64,000 bases of DNA from Acidimicrobiales bacterium (GTDB lineage Bacteria > Actinomycetota > Acidimicrobiia > Acidimicrobiales > Bog-793): positions 32,967 to 96,966 of the forward strand of contig JBEKYM010000003.1 of NCBI GenBank assembly GCA_049510975.1, written 5' to 3'. Below, one piece after another: positions 14,023 through 21,535 of this stretch. The notes beneath the pieces are model-generated. The model did no database searches. It saw nothing but the letters and a program-made list of their open reading frames with translations, and was not told where the DNA came from. The stretch's first letter is position 1; each line of letters begins with the position of its first letter. Made by a program: the position numbers and the translations under genes.

Positions 14023-14095
14023 AGCCCCCTGTCGGAATCGAACCGACGACACCAGCCTTACCATGGCTGTGCTCTGCCGACTGAGCTAAGGGGGC
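14023..14095 (-). tRNA. tRNA-Thr (anticodon GGT)
   Basis: Minus strand GCCCCCT-TAGCTCAGTCGGCAGAGCA-CAGCC-ATGGTAA-GGCTG-…-GTCGG-TTCGATT-CCGAC-AGGGGGC-T. Confidence 0.9.
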
Positions 14096-14169
14096 GACAT
14101 CACCCAGCGGGCATGTACGCGCCGAGATCATACCGGTTCCACCACCGGCTATCACTACGATCGGCCGCC

Positions 14170-14655
14170 ATGCTCTTGCGTCGGGCGCTCGAGATCGACT
14201 CGGAGTCGATCCGCCTCATCTACAACACCGAGGTGTTGACCTCGACCGCCACGCTCGACCTCGTGCCCCGCAGCCCGAGCGACCAGGAGACGTGGATGGC
14301 GGGCCATTCCGGCGTCTACCCCGTGCTCGTGGCCGAGGCAGACGGGGTCGTCGCAGGGTTCGCCTCGCTGTCGGCCTACCGCCCTCGACCCGGGTACGCC
14401 ACCGCCGTGGAGGACTCCGTCTACGTCGCCGAGGGCTATCGCGGCCGAGGCGTGGGGCGCCTGCTGTTGACCGGGGCCGTCGAAGCGGCCGTCTCCCACG
14501 GATTCCACTCCGTCATCGGTCGGATCATCACCGAGCAGCAGGCCTCCATCGCCTTGCACAAGGCCTGCGGTTTCGAGATCATCGGCATCGAGCGCGAAGT
14601 CGGGCGCAAGTTCGGGCGCTGGCTGGACGTCGCCCTCGCCCAACGCATGCTCTAA
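14170..14655 (+). CDS. GNAT N-acetyltransferase, phosphinothricin/methionine-sulfoximine acetyltransferase (PAT)-like
   Basis: …IRLIYNTEVLTSTATLDLVPRS…ETWMAGH…YPVLVAE…VAGFASLSAYRPRPGYATAVEDSVYVAEGYRGRGVGRLLL… has the layout of the PAT subfamily. Start trimmed to ATG 14170 (track ORF starts at 14113). Confidence 0.78.
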   Translation: MLLRRALEIDSESIRLIYNTEVLTSTATLDLVPRSPSDQETWMAGHSGVYPVLVAEADGVVAGFASLSAYRPRPGYATAVEDSVYVAEGYRGRGVGRLLLTGAVEAAVSHGFHSVIGRIITEQQASIALHKACGFEIIGIEREVGRKFGRWLDVALAQRML

Positions 14656-14678
14656 CCCTGCCCGCCGCCTCGGGCAGC

Positions 14679-14875
14679 GCCAGCGCCCCGTGGCCCAGCT
14701 GGGCGCCACGACCTCAGGCGGAGGGCGCCTCGCCGGCCAGCGCCCCGTGGCCCAGCTGGGCGCCACGACCTCAGGCGGAGGGCGCCTCGGCCAGCGCCGG
14801 CGCCCCGTGGCCACGCTGGGCGTACGGACCTCAGGCGGGCTGCGTCTCGCCGGCCGGCGCCCCGTGGCGCCCGGC
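14679..14875. repeat. Tandem 57-60-bp repeat, about 3.4 copies, spanning the crotonase 3' end
   Basis: The marker CGCCCCGTGG recurs at 14684, 14741, 14801 and 14858. Copies 1 and 2 are identical over ~52 nt. Each unit contains the hairpin-capable CGTGGC-N10-GCCACG and, on the minus strand, a …GCCTGA stop. Confidence 0.85.
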
Positions 14876-15628
14876 GCCGGCGGAGAAGCGGGCGGCGCCC
14901 GCCAGCGCCCCGCCGAGCACGGGAATACCGTGGCCGACTTCGTTCACGAGCGCTTCGGCCTCCCCCAGGCCCTCCTGCTCGAGCACGCTGAGCCGGTCGG
15001 AGCGAAGGCAGTCCTGGGGGAGGGCGGCGAGCTCGCCCGCCAGCTGCTGAGCTGCGGCCAGCGCCTCGCCGGCGGGAACCAGTCGGTTGGCGAGTCCGAT
15101 GGCGAGTGCTTCGGCGCCGCCGACGGCCCGGCCGGTGAGAATGAGGTCGAGCGCCCGGCTCGTGCCGATCAGCCTCGGGAGGCGGACCGTGCCGCCGTCG
15201 ACGAGGGGAACGCCCCATCGGCGGCAGAACACGCCGAACACGGCCGTCTCGTCCGCCACGCGCAGGTCGCACCAGAGGGCGAGCTCGAGCCCGCCGGCAA
15301 CAGCGTGGCCCGAAACGGCGGCAATCACCGGCTTGGACAGGCGCAGGCGCGTCGGGCCCATCGGCCCGTCGCCGGTCGTGTCCACCCGGTTCCCCGAGCC
15401 GGCGGCGATGGCCTTCAAGTCGGCGCCGGCGCAGAACGTCCCGCCTGCCCCGCTCAATACGGCCACGCAGAGCTCGGGCGACTCGTCGAAGTGGCGGAAC
15501 GCCGAAGCCAGGGCGTCGGCGGTCGGCCGGTCGACGGCGTTTCGCACTTCCGGCCGGTCGATGACGACCGTCAGTACCGGACCGTCGCTCGTCACTCGCA
15601 CTGCATCGGCGTTCACGATCGCTCCCAT
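14831..15628 (-). CDS. Enoyl-CoA hydratase/isomerase (crotonase) family protein
   Basis: …VIDRPEVRNAVDRPTADALASAFRHFDESPELCVAVLSGAGGTFCAGADLKA…KPVIAAVSGHAVAGGLELALWCDLRVA… Start trimmed to ATG 15628 (MGAIVN…). The track ORF runs to 15778, into the neighbouring gene. Confidence 0.85.
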   Translation of the reverse strand: MGAIVNADAVRVTSDGPVLTVVIDRPEVRNAVDRPTADALASAFRHFDESPELCVAVLSGAGGTFCAGADLKAIAAGSGNRVDTTGDGPMGPTRLRLSKPVIAAVSGHAVAGGLELALWCDLRVADETAVFGVFCRRWGVPLVDGGTVRLPRLIGTSRALDLILTGRAVGGAEALAIGLANRLVPAGEALAAAQQLAGELAALPQDCLRSDRLSVLEQEGLGEAEALVNEVGHGIPVLGGALAGAARFSAGAGRHGAPAGETQPA

Positions 15629-15698
15629 CTCGAGGAACCGTCCATCCTTTGGACTGCGACAGCGTGCCGCGTCGGGGCGCCCAAGGGGCGCGCCCGCC

Positions 15699-17393
15699 TC
15701 ACGAGGCTGGGCCGGGCACCGCTCCGGCTGCGGACCCGGATCGCCGCTGCACGACGAGCTGCCGTAACCGGGGCGCAAACGACAGGGCGGCCACAGCCGC
15801 GAGCACCGCCAGCGCTGCGAGCACGACGAGCGGGCCGGACCGCTGCAAGTGGCTCACGAGCATTCGCCCACCGGGCAGTCCGAGGAAGGACATCACCGAG
15901 GACAGCACGACGAGCAGCATGCGAATGCGGCGTTCGGCGATCGGGGCGAGCAGGACGATGCCCCACACGAGGTACCAGGGCTGTACGACCGGGCCGAGAA
16001 CAACGACGGCGAGCAGCGTCAGACCGATCGCCCGCAGACTGGCGACACCGCCGTCCGAGCGAAGGAGCAAAACGATGGCGATGATGCCGGCGGCCGTGAG
16101 GCCGAGGCCTCGGAAGACGTCGACGATGATCCCTGAGTGCTCGCCGAGGCCGACGCCGTTGACGATGCGGGCAACGAGCCCGCCGATGCCCGTCGCCGGG
16201 TCCATCCATGAGTTCAAGCTCCCCGGGTTGAACAGCAGGCCGACGACCCATCGCCACCCGAGGCCGACCGCATAGGTGACTCCGACCATCGTGACGCTGC
16301 AAACGGCGAGAGCCTTCGCCACCGTCGGGACGCGCGCCCTCCACTCGACCCCGATCCCCGCCCAGTCCCAGCCGATGTAGATCACGCCCGCCAAGGCGGG
16401 GGCCTTCACGAGCCCGGCCAGGGTGCACAGCACGATCCCGATGATGGGATGGCGCTCGCGAGCCAGCGACAGGCCGGCCACGAGCAGACCCATCATCAGG
16501 GCGTCGTTGTGCTCGCCGGCGACGAGGTGGAAGAGCACGAGCGGGTTGAGGGCGACGAGCACGAAGGCCTTGGCCGGGTCCCGGCCGTAACTGCGGGCGA
16601 GCCGAGGAATGAAGATACCGAGGAGCACGACGCCGAAGACGGCGAGCAACCGGAAGCCGAGGAGCGCCGCCAGTTCGTTGTGATGGACGACGGTGACGAT
16701 GAGGCCGGCGAGCCCGAGGAACACCGGTCCGTACGGCGAGGTGGTGTTTGCCCAGAGTTTGTCGACCAGATCGGCGTAGACGTTGCCGCCCGTGCCGAGA
16801 ATCGAGGGCGGGTAGATGTAGGGGTTGATCCCCCGCGACACCTCCTCGCCCTGACCGACGTAGCTGAAGGCGTCGTGGCTGAACAGCGGCGCCACGACGA
16901 GCAACGGCAACAGCCATGCGGCGAACAAGGGGATGAAATGCCTCACGGGGATGCCTGGATGCAGACGCGTCAGACGGGTGACGGCCAGCCAGGCGCGGAT
17001 CATGAGGAACATGCCGGCGTAGACGGCCACGACGCCGAAGAGCACGTTGCCCCTCGGCGTGCCGGTTCCGAAATACCACAGGCGCACGCCGACCTGGAGC
17101 GCCGGATCGCCCACCGTCTTCAACGTGGCGTGGTTCAACGTGAAGGGCGAAGTCGGTTGAGAAGCGCCCCAGAGGACGAGCAGCGAACCGACCGCCCCGA
17201 TCAAGCCGGTCCAGAACAACGAGCGGGCGACCTGTGTCTCCCCCTCCACGTACGGCTCGGGCTCCGGCTCGGGCATCCGCAGCCAGCCGACCGCGTGCCA
17301 ACCTCGCCGGAGGAACGCCAGGGCCCGGTCCCCGAACGCGTGTCCGCGACCCTCCGAGGGTGCGTCGCCGCTCAGGCGTTCCGAGGTCCTCAT
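15699..17393 (-). CDS. Polytopic membrane protein, GT-C-type glycosyltransferase-like (MptA/MptB / DUF2029-like)
   Basis: Many TM segments. The first-loop motif …FSHDAFSYVGQGEEVSRGINPYIYPPS…TTSPYGPVF… resembles polyprenol-phosphate-sugar-dependent mannosyltransferases of Actinobacteria (recalled, not searched). Start set to ATG 17393, preceded by AGGA; the longest ORF starts at GTG 17480. Confidence 0.55.
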   Translation of the reverse strand: MRTSERLSGDAPSEGRGHAFGDRALAFLRRGWHAVGWLRMPEPEPEPYVEGETQVARSLFWTGLIGAVGSLLVLWGASQPTSPFTLNHATLKTVGDPALQVGVRLWYFGTGTPRGNVLFGVVAVYAGMFLMIRAWLAVTRLTRLHPGIPVRHFIPLFAAWLLPLLVVAPLFSHDAFSYVGQGEEVSRGINPYIYPPSILGTGGNVYADLVDKLWANTTSPYGPVFLGLAGLIVTVVHHNELAALLGFRLLAVFGVVLLGIFIPRLARSYGRDPAKAFVLVALNPLVLFHLVAGEHNDALMMGLLVAGLSLARERHPIIGIVLCTLAGLVKAPALAGVIYIGWDWAGIGVEWRARVPTVAKALAVCSVTMVGVTYAVGLGWRWVVGLLFNPGSLNSWMDPATGIGGLVARIVNGVGLGEHSGIIVDVFRGLGLTAAGIIAIVLLLRSDGGVASLRAIGLTLLAVVVLGPVVQPWYLVWGIVLLAPIAERRIRMLLVVLSSVMSFLGLPGGRMLVSHLQRSGPLVVLAALAVLAAVAALSFAPRLRQLVVQRRSGSAAGAVPGPAS

Positions 17394-17572
17394 TTCGTCC
17401 TGTCGCGTTCCGATGTGCGGCGTCGCCGACCGACGATGAGCCGGGTGGACCCGGCCGCTCATCCCTCGCGCGAACGCCACGGAGAGCCCGGGCGGCTCCA
17501 GCGGTTGTGTGTCGAAATCGTATCAGCGCGCCCCTTCCGGCCGCCTGGCGGGTTCGGGCCTTACGATCTGCC

Positions 17573-20239
17573 GTGCCCACGACCGAGAATCTGCCGATTC
17601 CGGGGTGGAACCGGGCAGATTCTCTCGCAGCCGCCGTGCTCGTCGCGAGCCCGACGGTCGTGCTCGTGGCGGCCGCCGCCGCCGGCTACCCGCTCATTAC
17701 GGGCGACGACCTCGTCCAGAACGCTCCCCTCGAGGAGCTCACCGGACAGGTGTTGCGGCACGGGCACCTTCCCCTCTACGACGCCTTCCTCTGGTCGGGC
17801 ACGCCGCTCCTCGGCGGCACGAATGCGCATGCGCTACTTCCCATCACGTGGCTCTTCGCCATCCTGCCGCCGCTGGCGGCCTGGGTGGTCGGCGAGATCC
17901 TCGTTCTGGCGGCCGCTGCGATCGGTACCCAGCTGTTCCTGCGCCGGACCGGCTGCTCGTCGATGGCCGCTGCGCTCGGGGGAGCTTGCTTCGGGCTGGG
18001 GGGTTTCGTCAGCTCGCAGATCGTCCACATCGACTTCGCGGCGGCGGCCGCCGCGCTCCCCTGGATGCTCGTCGCCGTCGACGGGCTGGCGACGAGGGCC
18101 GCCGGCTCCCGCCGGCTGCATTGCTTGTTGCTGGCCGCCTGCGCTGCATGGATCTGCCTGTGTGGCAGCCCGGACATCATCGTCGACACGGCCGTCATCG
18201 CCGGCTCGTACCTCCTCCACCTCCTGCTGCAGCCGTGCGAGCCGGGGCGCCGCGCCATGGGCCGGCTGCGGCTGATGTGGTGGTCGATCGGCGGCGCCAT
18301 CGCCGGCGTGGCGGTCGGAGCGTTGCAGTGGTGGCCCTCGGCCGACTTCGTCGCCGCCTCCGAGCGCGCCCATCCCAGTTTTGCCTTCATCTCCGGCGGA
18401 TCGTTGAACTGGGCGAACTTCCTCGAGCTGCTCGTGCCTCACGTGCTCGGTGGCGGAGTCATCGGCTCCAGGGCCTTCGGCGGCTCCTTCCCGCTCGCCG
18501 AGGTCGACGCCTACCCGGGCGTGCTTGCCCTCGTCGCCGTCTTCGTCATGCTCGTGTCCTGGCGCCAGCAGGGTGCCTGGCGCTGGCGCGTCTGGCTCGT
18601 CGTCGTGGCGGTCGCCCTGCTGCTCGTCTCCGGCGACCACACTCCCCTCGAGCACGTGATCGCTTCCTTGCCCGTCGTGGGCGATCAGCGGTTGCCGAGC
18701 CGGGCGCTCATCGGTTTCGCCCTGGCCGCATCACTGCTGGGCGGCTACTTCATCGACTCGCTCCTCCGGCTGCACCCGTCGAGCCGTCAGGTCGCCGCCG
18801 GCCTGGTGCCCCTCGCCGGCATCGTCGCGGTCGTGGTCGCAACCGTCGTCACGGGCAAGCCGGCGGGCGGCGCTCTCGTCGCCCACGCCGGCACCGGCTG
18901 GACGCTCGCCGGCGACCTCCCTGTCCTGCTGATCAGCGTTCTTTTGGCGGGGGCGGCTGCCGCCTTCCTGCTCTTCGGCGCCTCACTGGTCGGACGCCGG
19001 CGAAGCGTCCTCGTCGCCGCTCTCGTCGTCGTCGACCTGCTCTTGTTCGACGTGAATCAGTCGTCCCTCGCTCCTGCGTACGCCTCGGAGCTCTCCCCGA
19101 CCGAGGCGGCCTCCGTCACCGCCCTCACCGGAGCCGGCGGGCGCTACCTCGTCGACGACCCCCGCCTCAGCGACGGTCTCGCCCTCGACCATCTCGGCGC
19201 TCCCGACCTCGGTGTCGTCGACCAGCTGAGCGATGCCGGCGGCTACGGCTCCCTCACCTGGGGTCCCTATGCGAATGCCACCGGAACTCACAACCAGGAC
19301 GCCGTCACGGCCGCCGCCCTCGCCGACGGCACGATGGCCTCGCTCGGAGTCCGAGCCATCTTCACCCTGCCGTCCCAGCTCGTCACGACGGGAACGGCGC
19401 CGGTGAGCGCGGTGAAGGCCGGCCCCGGCGCCCGGATCGTGCGCTGGTTCGGGCAGCTCGTGCCGGTGACCGCCGTGACGCTCGCCCTCGCCGACTCATC
19501 GAGCGGTGCCGGCGCCGGCGGCGTTACACCCATCGGCCAGGTGGCTTCGACGTGCCGGCTCCTCGCCTACGGCGGACGACCAGTCACGACTGCATCGTCG
19601 GTCCTCGTCGCCGGCGGGGCGGCCGAGGTGACGCTTCACTACCCGTCCCCCGTCACCGCCGCCGGCCTCGCCTGCGGTGGGAGCGCCCTGGCCGCCGGCC
19701 TGGCGATCGCCGAACCGGTCGTGCAGCCCGCCCACGGACCTGCCTTCAGGACGTCCGGCCCGCTGGCAGCAGCCCTGGGTGCCGGAGGGTGGGTGGAGGT
19801 GGAGGGGGTGGGGGGTTTCTCGACGCTGGTCAACCACGCTGCGGCGGCGCCGTACCGTCTGAGCACAGCAGGCGGCTCGCTGGAAGTCCTCGCCAGCGAT
19901 CCGTGGACGGGCAGCGCCACGGTGCGCGTCACCTCGCCGGCGGCCACGAGCCTCGTCCGCAGTGTCGCCGACCTGCCTGGCTGGCGGGCGACCGTTCTGC
20001 GGGCCGGTCGGCGGACGACGGTGCCGGTCGAACGGTACGGACTCGTGCTCCGGATCGACCTGCCGGCCGGGACCTCCGTCGTGACGTTCGATTACGTCGC
20101 TCCGGGGTGGCGGTCGGGTCAGCTGGCGGCGCTCGGCGGCGCCCTTGCCTGCGCCGGCCTCGTGCTCGTGCCGGTGGCCAGACGGAGAGGCCGGCGGCGG
20201 CTCAGCGCTCCCGGTGCTCCGTCCCCACCCCCGGTGTGA
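17573..20239 (+). CDS. Large membrane protein, YfhO-like (GT-C-type) with ~300-aa extracytoplasmic C-terminal region
   Basis: …ITGDDLVQNAPLEELTGQVLRHGHLPLYDAFLWSGTPLLGG… followed by >10 hydrophobic segments fits the YfhO pattern. Start is uncertain. GTG 17573 is the first in-frame start beyond the divergent gene; the track ORF starts at 17234. Confidence 0.55.
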   Translation: MPTTENLPIPGWNRADSLAAAVLVASPTVVLVAAAAAGYPLITGDDLVQNAPLEELTGQVLRHGHLPLYDAFLWSGTPLLGGTNAHALLPITWLFAILPPLAAWVVGEILVLAAAAIGTQLFLRRTGCSSMAAALGGACFGLGGFVSSQIVHIDFAAAAAALPWMLVAVDGLATRAAGSRRLHCLLLAACAAWICLCGSPDIIVDTAVIAGSYLLHLLLQPCEPGRRAMGRLRLMWWSIGGAIAGVAVGALQWWPSADFVAASERAHPSFAFISGGSLNWANFLELLVPHVLGGGVIGSRAFGGSFPLAEVDAYPGVLALVAVFVMLVSWRQQGAWRWRVWLVVVAVALLLVSGDHTPLEHVIASLPVVGDQRLPSRALIGFALAASLLGGYFIDSLLRLHPSSRQVAAGLVPLAGIVAVVVATVVTGKPAGGALVAHAGTGWTLAGDLPVLLISVLLAGAAAAFLLFGASLVGRRRSVLVAALVVVDLLLFDVNQSSLAPAYASELSPTEAASVTALTGAGGRYLVDDPRLSDGLALDHLGAPDLGVVDQLSDAGGYGSLTWGPYANATGTHNQDAVTAAALADGTMASLGVRAIFTLPSQLVTTGTAPVSAVKAGPGARIVRWFGQLVPVTAVTLALADSSSGAGAGGVTPIGQVASTCRLLAYGGRPVTTASSVLVAGGAAEVTLHYPSPVTAAGLACGGSALAAGLAIAEPVVQPAHGPAFRTSGPLAAALGAGGWVEVEGVGGFSTLVNHAAAAPYRLSTAGGSLEVLASDPWTGSATVRVTSPAATSLVRSVADLPGWRATVLRAGRRTTVPVERYGLVLRIDLPAGTSVVTFDYVAPGWRSGQLAALGGALACAGLVLVPVARRRGRRRLSAPGAPSPPPV

Positions 20240-20606
20240 CGAACAGCGCCGTGCCCGGCTCGACGACGTCGGCCGTGTGCCAGACGCCTTTCGGGTTGAT
20301 GACTGCCTGGCCAGGGCTGAGCTCGAGCCGGTTCTCGCCGCCGGGAAGGTCCTGGATGAGGATGCTGCGGCCGGCGAGCTGGACGACGAGCTCGTCGCCG
20401 GCAGGGTGACGCTCCCACTGCGTCCACGTCTCTGCCTGCGGGCTCATCGTGACGAGGCGGCCGTCGGGACCGTCGCCGGCGGTCGCCGTCTCGTAGCCGG
20501 ACAGGTACGCCTCCGTCCACTCAAAACCCGGCAGCTCCCTCGCCACCGACCCCAACCCGAGGTGCACGAACGTGGACGAGAGATCGAAGACCTGAGGTGT
20601 CGTCAC
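20202..20606 (-). CDS. Cupin domain protein
   Basis: …WERHPAGDELVVQLAGRSILIQDL…LSPGQAVINPKGVWHTADV…ALFVTPG… is a cupin beta-barrel pattern. Start set to GTG 20606, preceded by GGAGGA. The track ORF (to 20741) runs through tRNA-Tyr. Confidence 0.7.
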   Translation of the reverse strand: MTTPQVFDLSSTFVHLGLGSVARELPGFEWTEAYLSGYETATAGDGPDGRLVTMSPQAETWTQWERHPAGDELVVQLAGRSILIQDLPGGENRLELSPGQAVINPKGVWHTADVVEPGTALFVTPGVGTEHRER

Positions 20607-20644
20607 GTGGTCCTCCGATCGTCGGGCGCGACAGAAGCTTGCGG

Positions 20645-20726
20645 TGGGCCGGGAAGGATTCGAACCTTCGAAGGCTGTGCCGACAGATTTACAGTCTGCT
20701 CCCTTTGGCCACTTGGGTACCGACCC
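20645..20726 (-). tRNA. tRNA-Tyr (anticodon GTA), long variable arm
   Basis: Minus strand GGGTCGG-TA-CCCAAGTGGCCAAAGGGA-GCAGA-CTGTAAA-TCTGT-(variable arm CGGCACAGCCTTC)-GAAGG-TTCGAAT-CCTTC-CCGGCCC-A. Confidence 0.88.
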
Positions 20727-20779
20727 GCGGCCTGACACCATAATCGACCTCCGCAGGGGGGTGATCGCTCCGGCGGATT

Positions 20780-20927
20780 GGGGGCTGTGCGGTCACGCTG
20801 TGCACACGGTCCGGGCCGGCGCCGGCGGCCGGCGGTGCGCCATGCCAACCGTGTGCACGAAGTGACCGGACAGGGGGTTGTGCGGTCACTCTGTGCACAC
20901 GGTCCGGGCCGGCGCCGGCGGCCGGCG
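20780..20927. repeat. Two 55-bp direct repeats (53/55 identical) flanking an inverted copy of their core
   Basis: 20780..20835 and 20873..20927 read GGGGG(C/T)TGTGCGGTCAC(G/T)CTGTGCACACGGTCCGGGCCGGCGCCGGCGGCCGGCG. 20849..20868 (CCGTGTGCACGAAGTGACCG) is a near reverse complement of the core CGGTCACGCTGTGCACACGG. Confidence 0.8.
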
Positions 20928-20985
20928 TCTCGCCGGCCCGCATGGGGCCCGCAGGAACGGGGGCCGGCTGCGGTAGCTTGCTCGC

Positions 20986-21474
20986 ATGCCGAGCTTCGAC
21001 GTCACGTCCGAGGTCGACCTCCAAGAGGTGCGGAATGCCGTCGACCAAGCCCAGCGCGAGGTCGCCACGCGTTTCGACTTCAAGAACACCGGGGCGTCCC
21101 TCGAGCTGAGCGGTCACGAGATCACCCTGCACGCCCCCACCGAGGATCGGTTGCGAGCGCTCACCCAGGTGCTCGAGGAGAAGCTCGTCCGGCGACAGGT
21201 GTCGCTGAAAGCCCTCTCGTTCGGCAAGATCGAGGAGGCGTCTCACAACGCAGTCCGCCAGGTGGCGACGTTGAACGCCGGCATCTCCTCCGACCACGCC
21301 AAGCGGATCAACAAGCTCGTGAAGGACCTCGGCCTGAAGGGTGTGAGCTCGCAGACCCAAGGCGACCAGGTGCGCGTCATCGGCAAGAAGCGTGACGACC
21401 TGCAGGCCGTGATCGCCGAGCTCAAAGCGACCGACCTCGAGATCCCCCTCCAGTTCGGCAACTTCCGGGACTGA
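20986..21474 (+). CDS. yajQ: YajQ-family nucleotide-binding protein (UPF0234)
   Basis: 162 aa. MPSFDVTSEVDLQEVRNAVDQAQREVATRFDFKNTGASLEL…VSSQTQGDQVRVIGKKRDDLQAVIAELK… is a full-length YajQ signature. Confidence 0.9.
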   Translation: MPSFDVTSEVDLQEVRNAVDQAQREVATRFDFKNTGASLELSGHEITLHAPTEDRLRALTQVLEEKLVRRQVSLKALSFGKIEEASHNAVRQVATLNAGISSDHAKRINKLVKDLGLKGVSSQTQGDQVRVIGKKRDDLQAVIAELKATDLEIPLQFGNFRD

Positions 21475-21495
21475 GCAGCCCCGCAACCCCGGAGC

Positions 21496-21530
21496 CCCAG
21501 CCCAGCCCAGCCCAGGCCAGCCCAGCCCAA
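21496..21530. repeat. (CCCAG)n pentanucleotide microsatellite, about 7 units
   Basis: CCCAG CCCAG CCCAG CCCAG GCCAG CCCAG CCCAA, located between the convergent yajQ and acs stops. Confidence 0.8.
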
Positions 21531-21535
21531 GCCCC

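Noticed and set aside
14679-14875. Possible CRISPR array
   Set aside because: The repeat units are directly adjacent with no unique spacers. There are only ~3.4 copies, no cas genes, and the units overlap a coding 3' end.
15613-20409. Long alternate-frame ORFs 15613..17580 (-) and 17509..20409 (+), extremely Arg/Pro-rich
   Set aside because: They overlap the membrane-protein frames, which show clear TM periodicity. Their composition is typical of off-frame translation of GC-rich DNA.
14096-20644. tRNA-Thr to tRNA-Tyr interval as an integrated genomic island
   Set aside because: There is no integrase, excisionase or transposase. I could see no direct repeat of a tRNA 3' end at the far boundary. 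GC content and codon style resemble the surrounding genes, and the content is ordinary metabolic and envelope genes.
20607-20741. N-terminal extension of the cupin ORF
   Set aside because: The extension is translated straight through the tRNA-Tyr gene. GTG 20606 with a GGAGGA SD gives a sensible 134-aa cupin.
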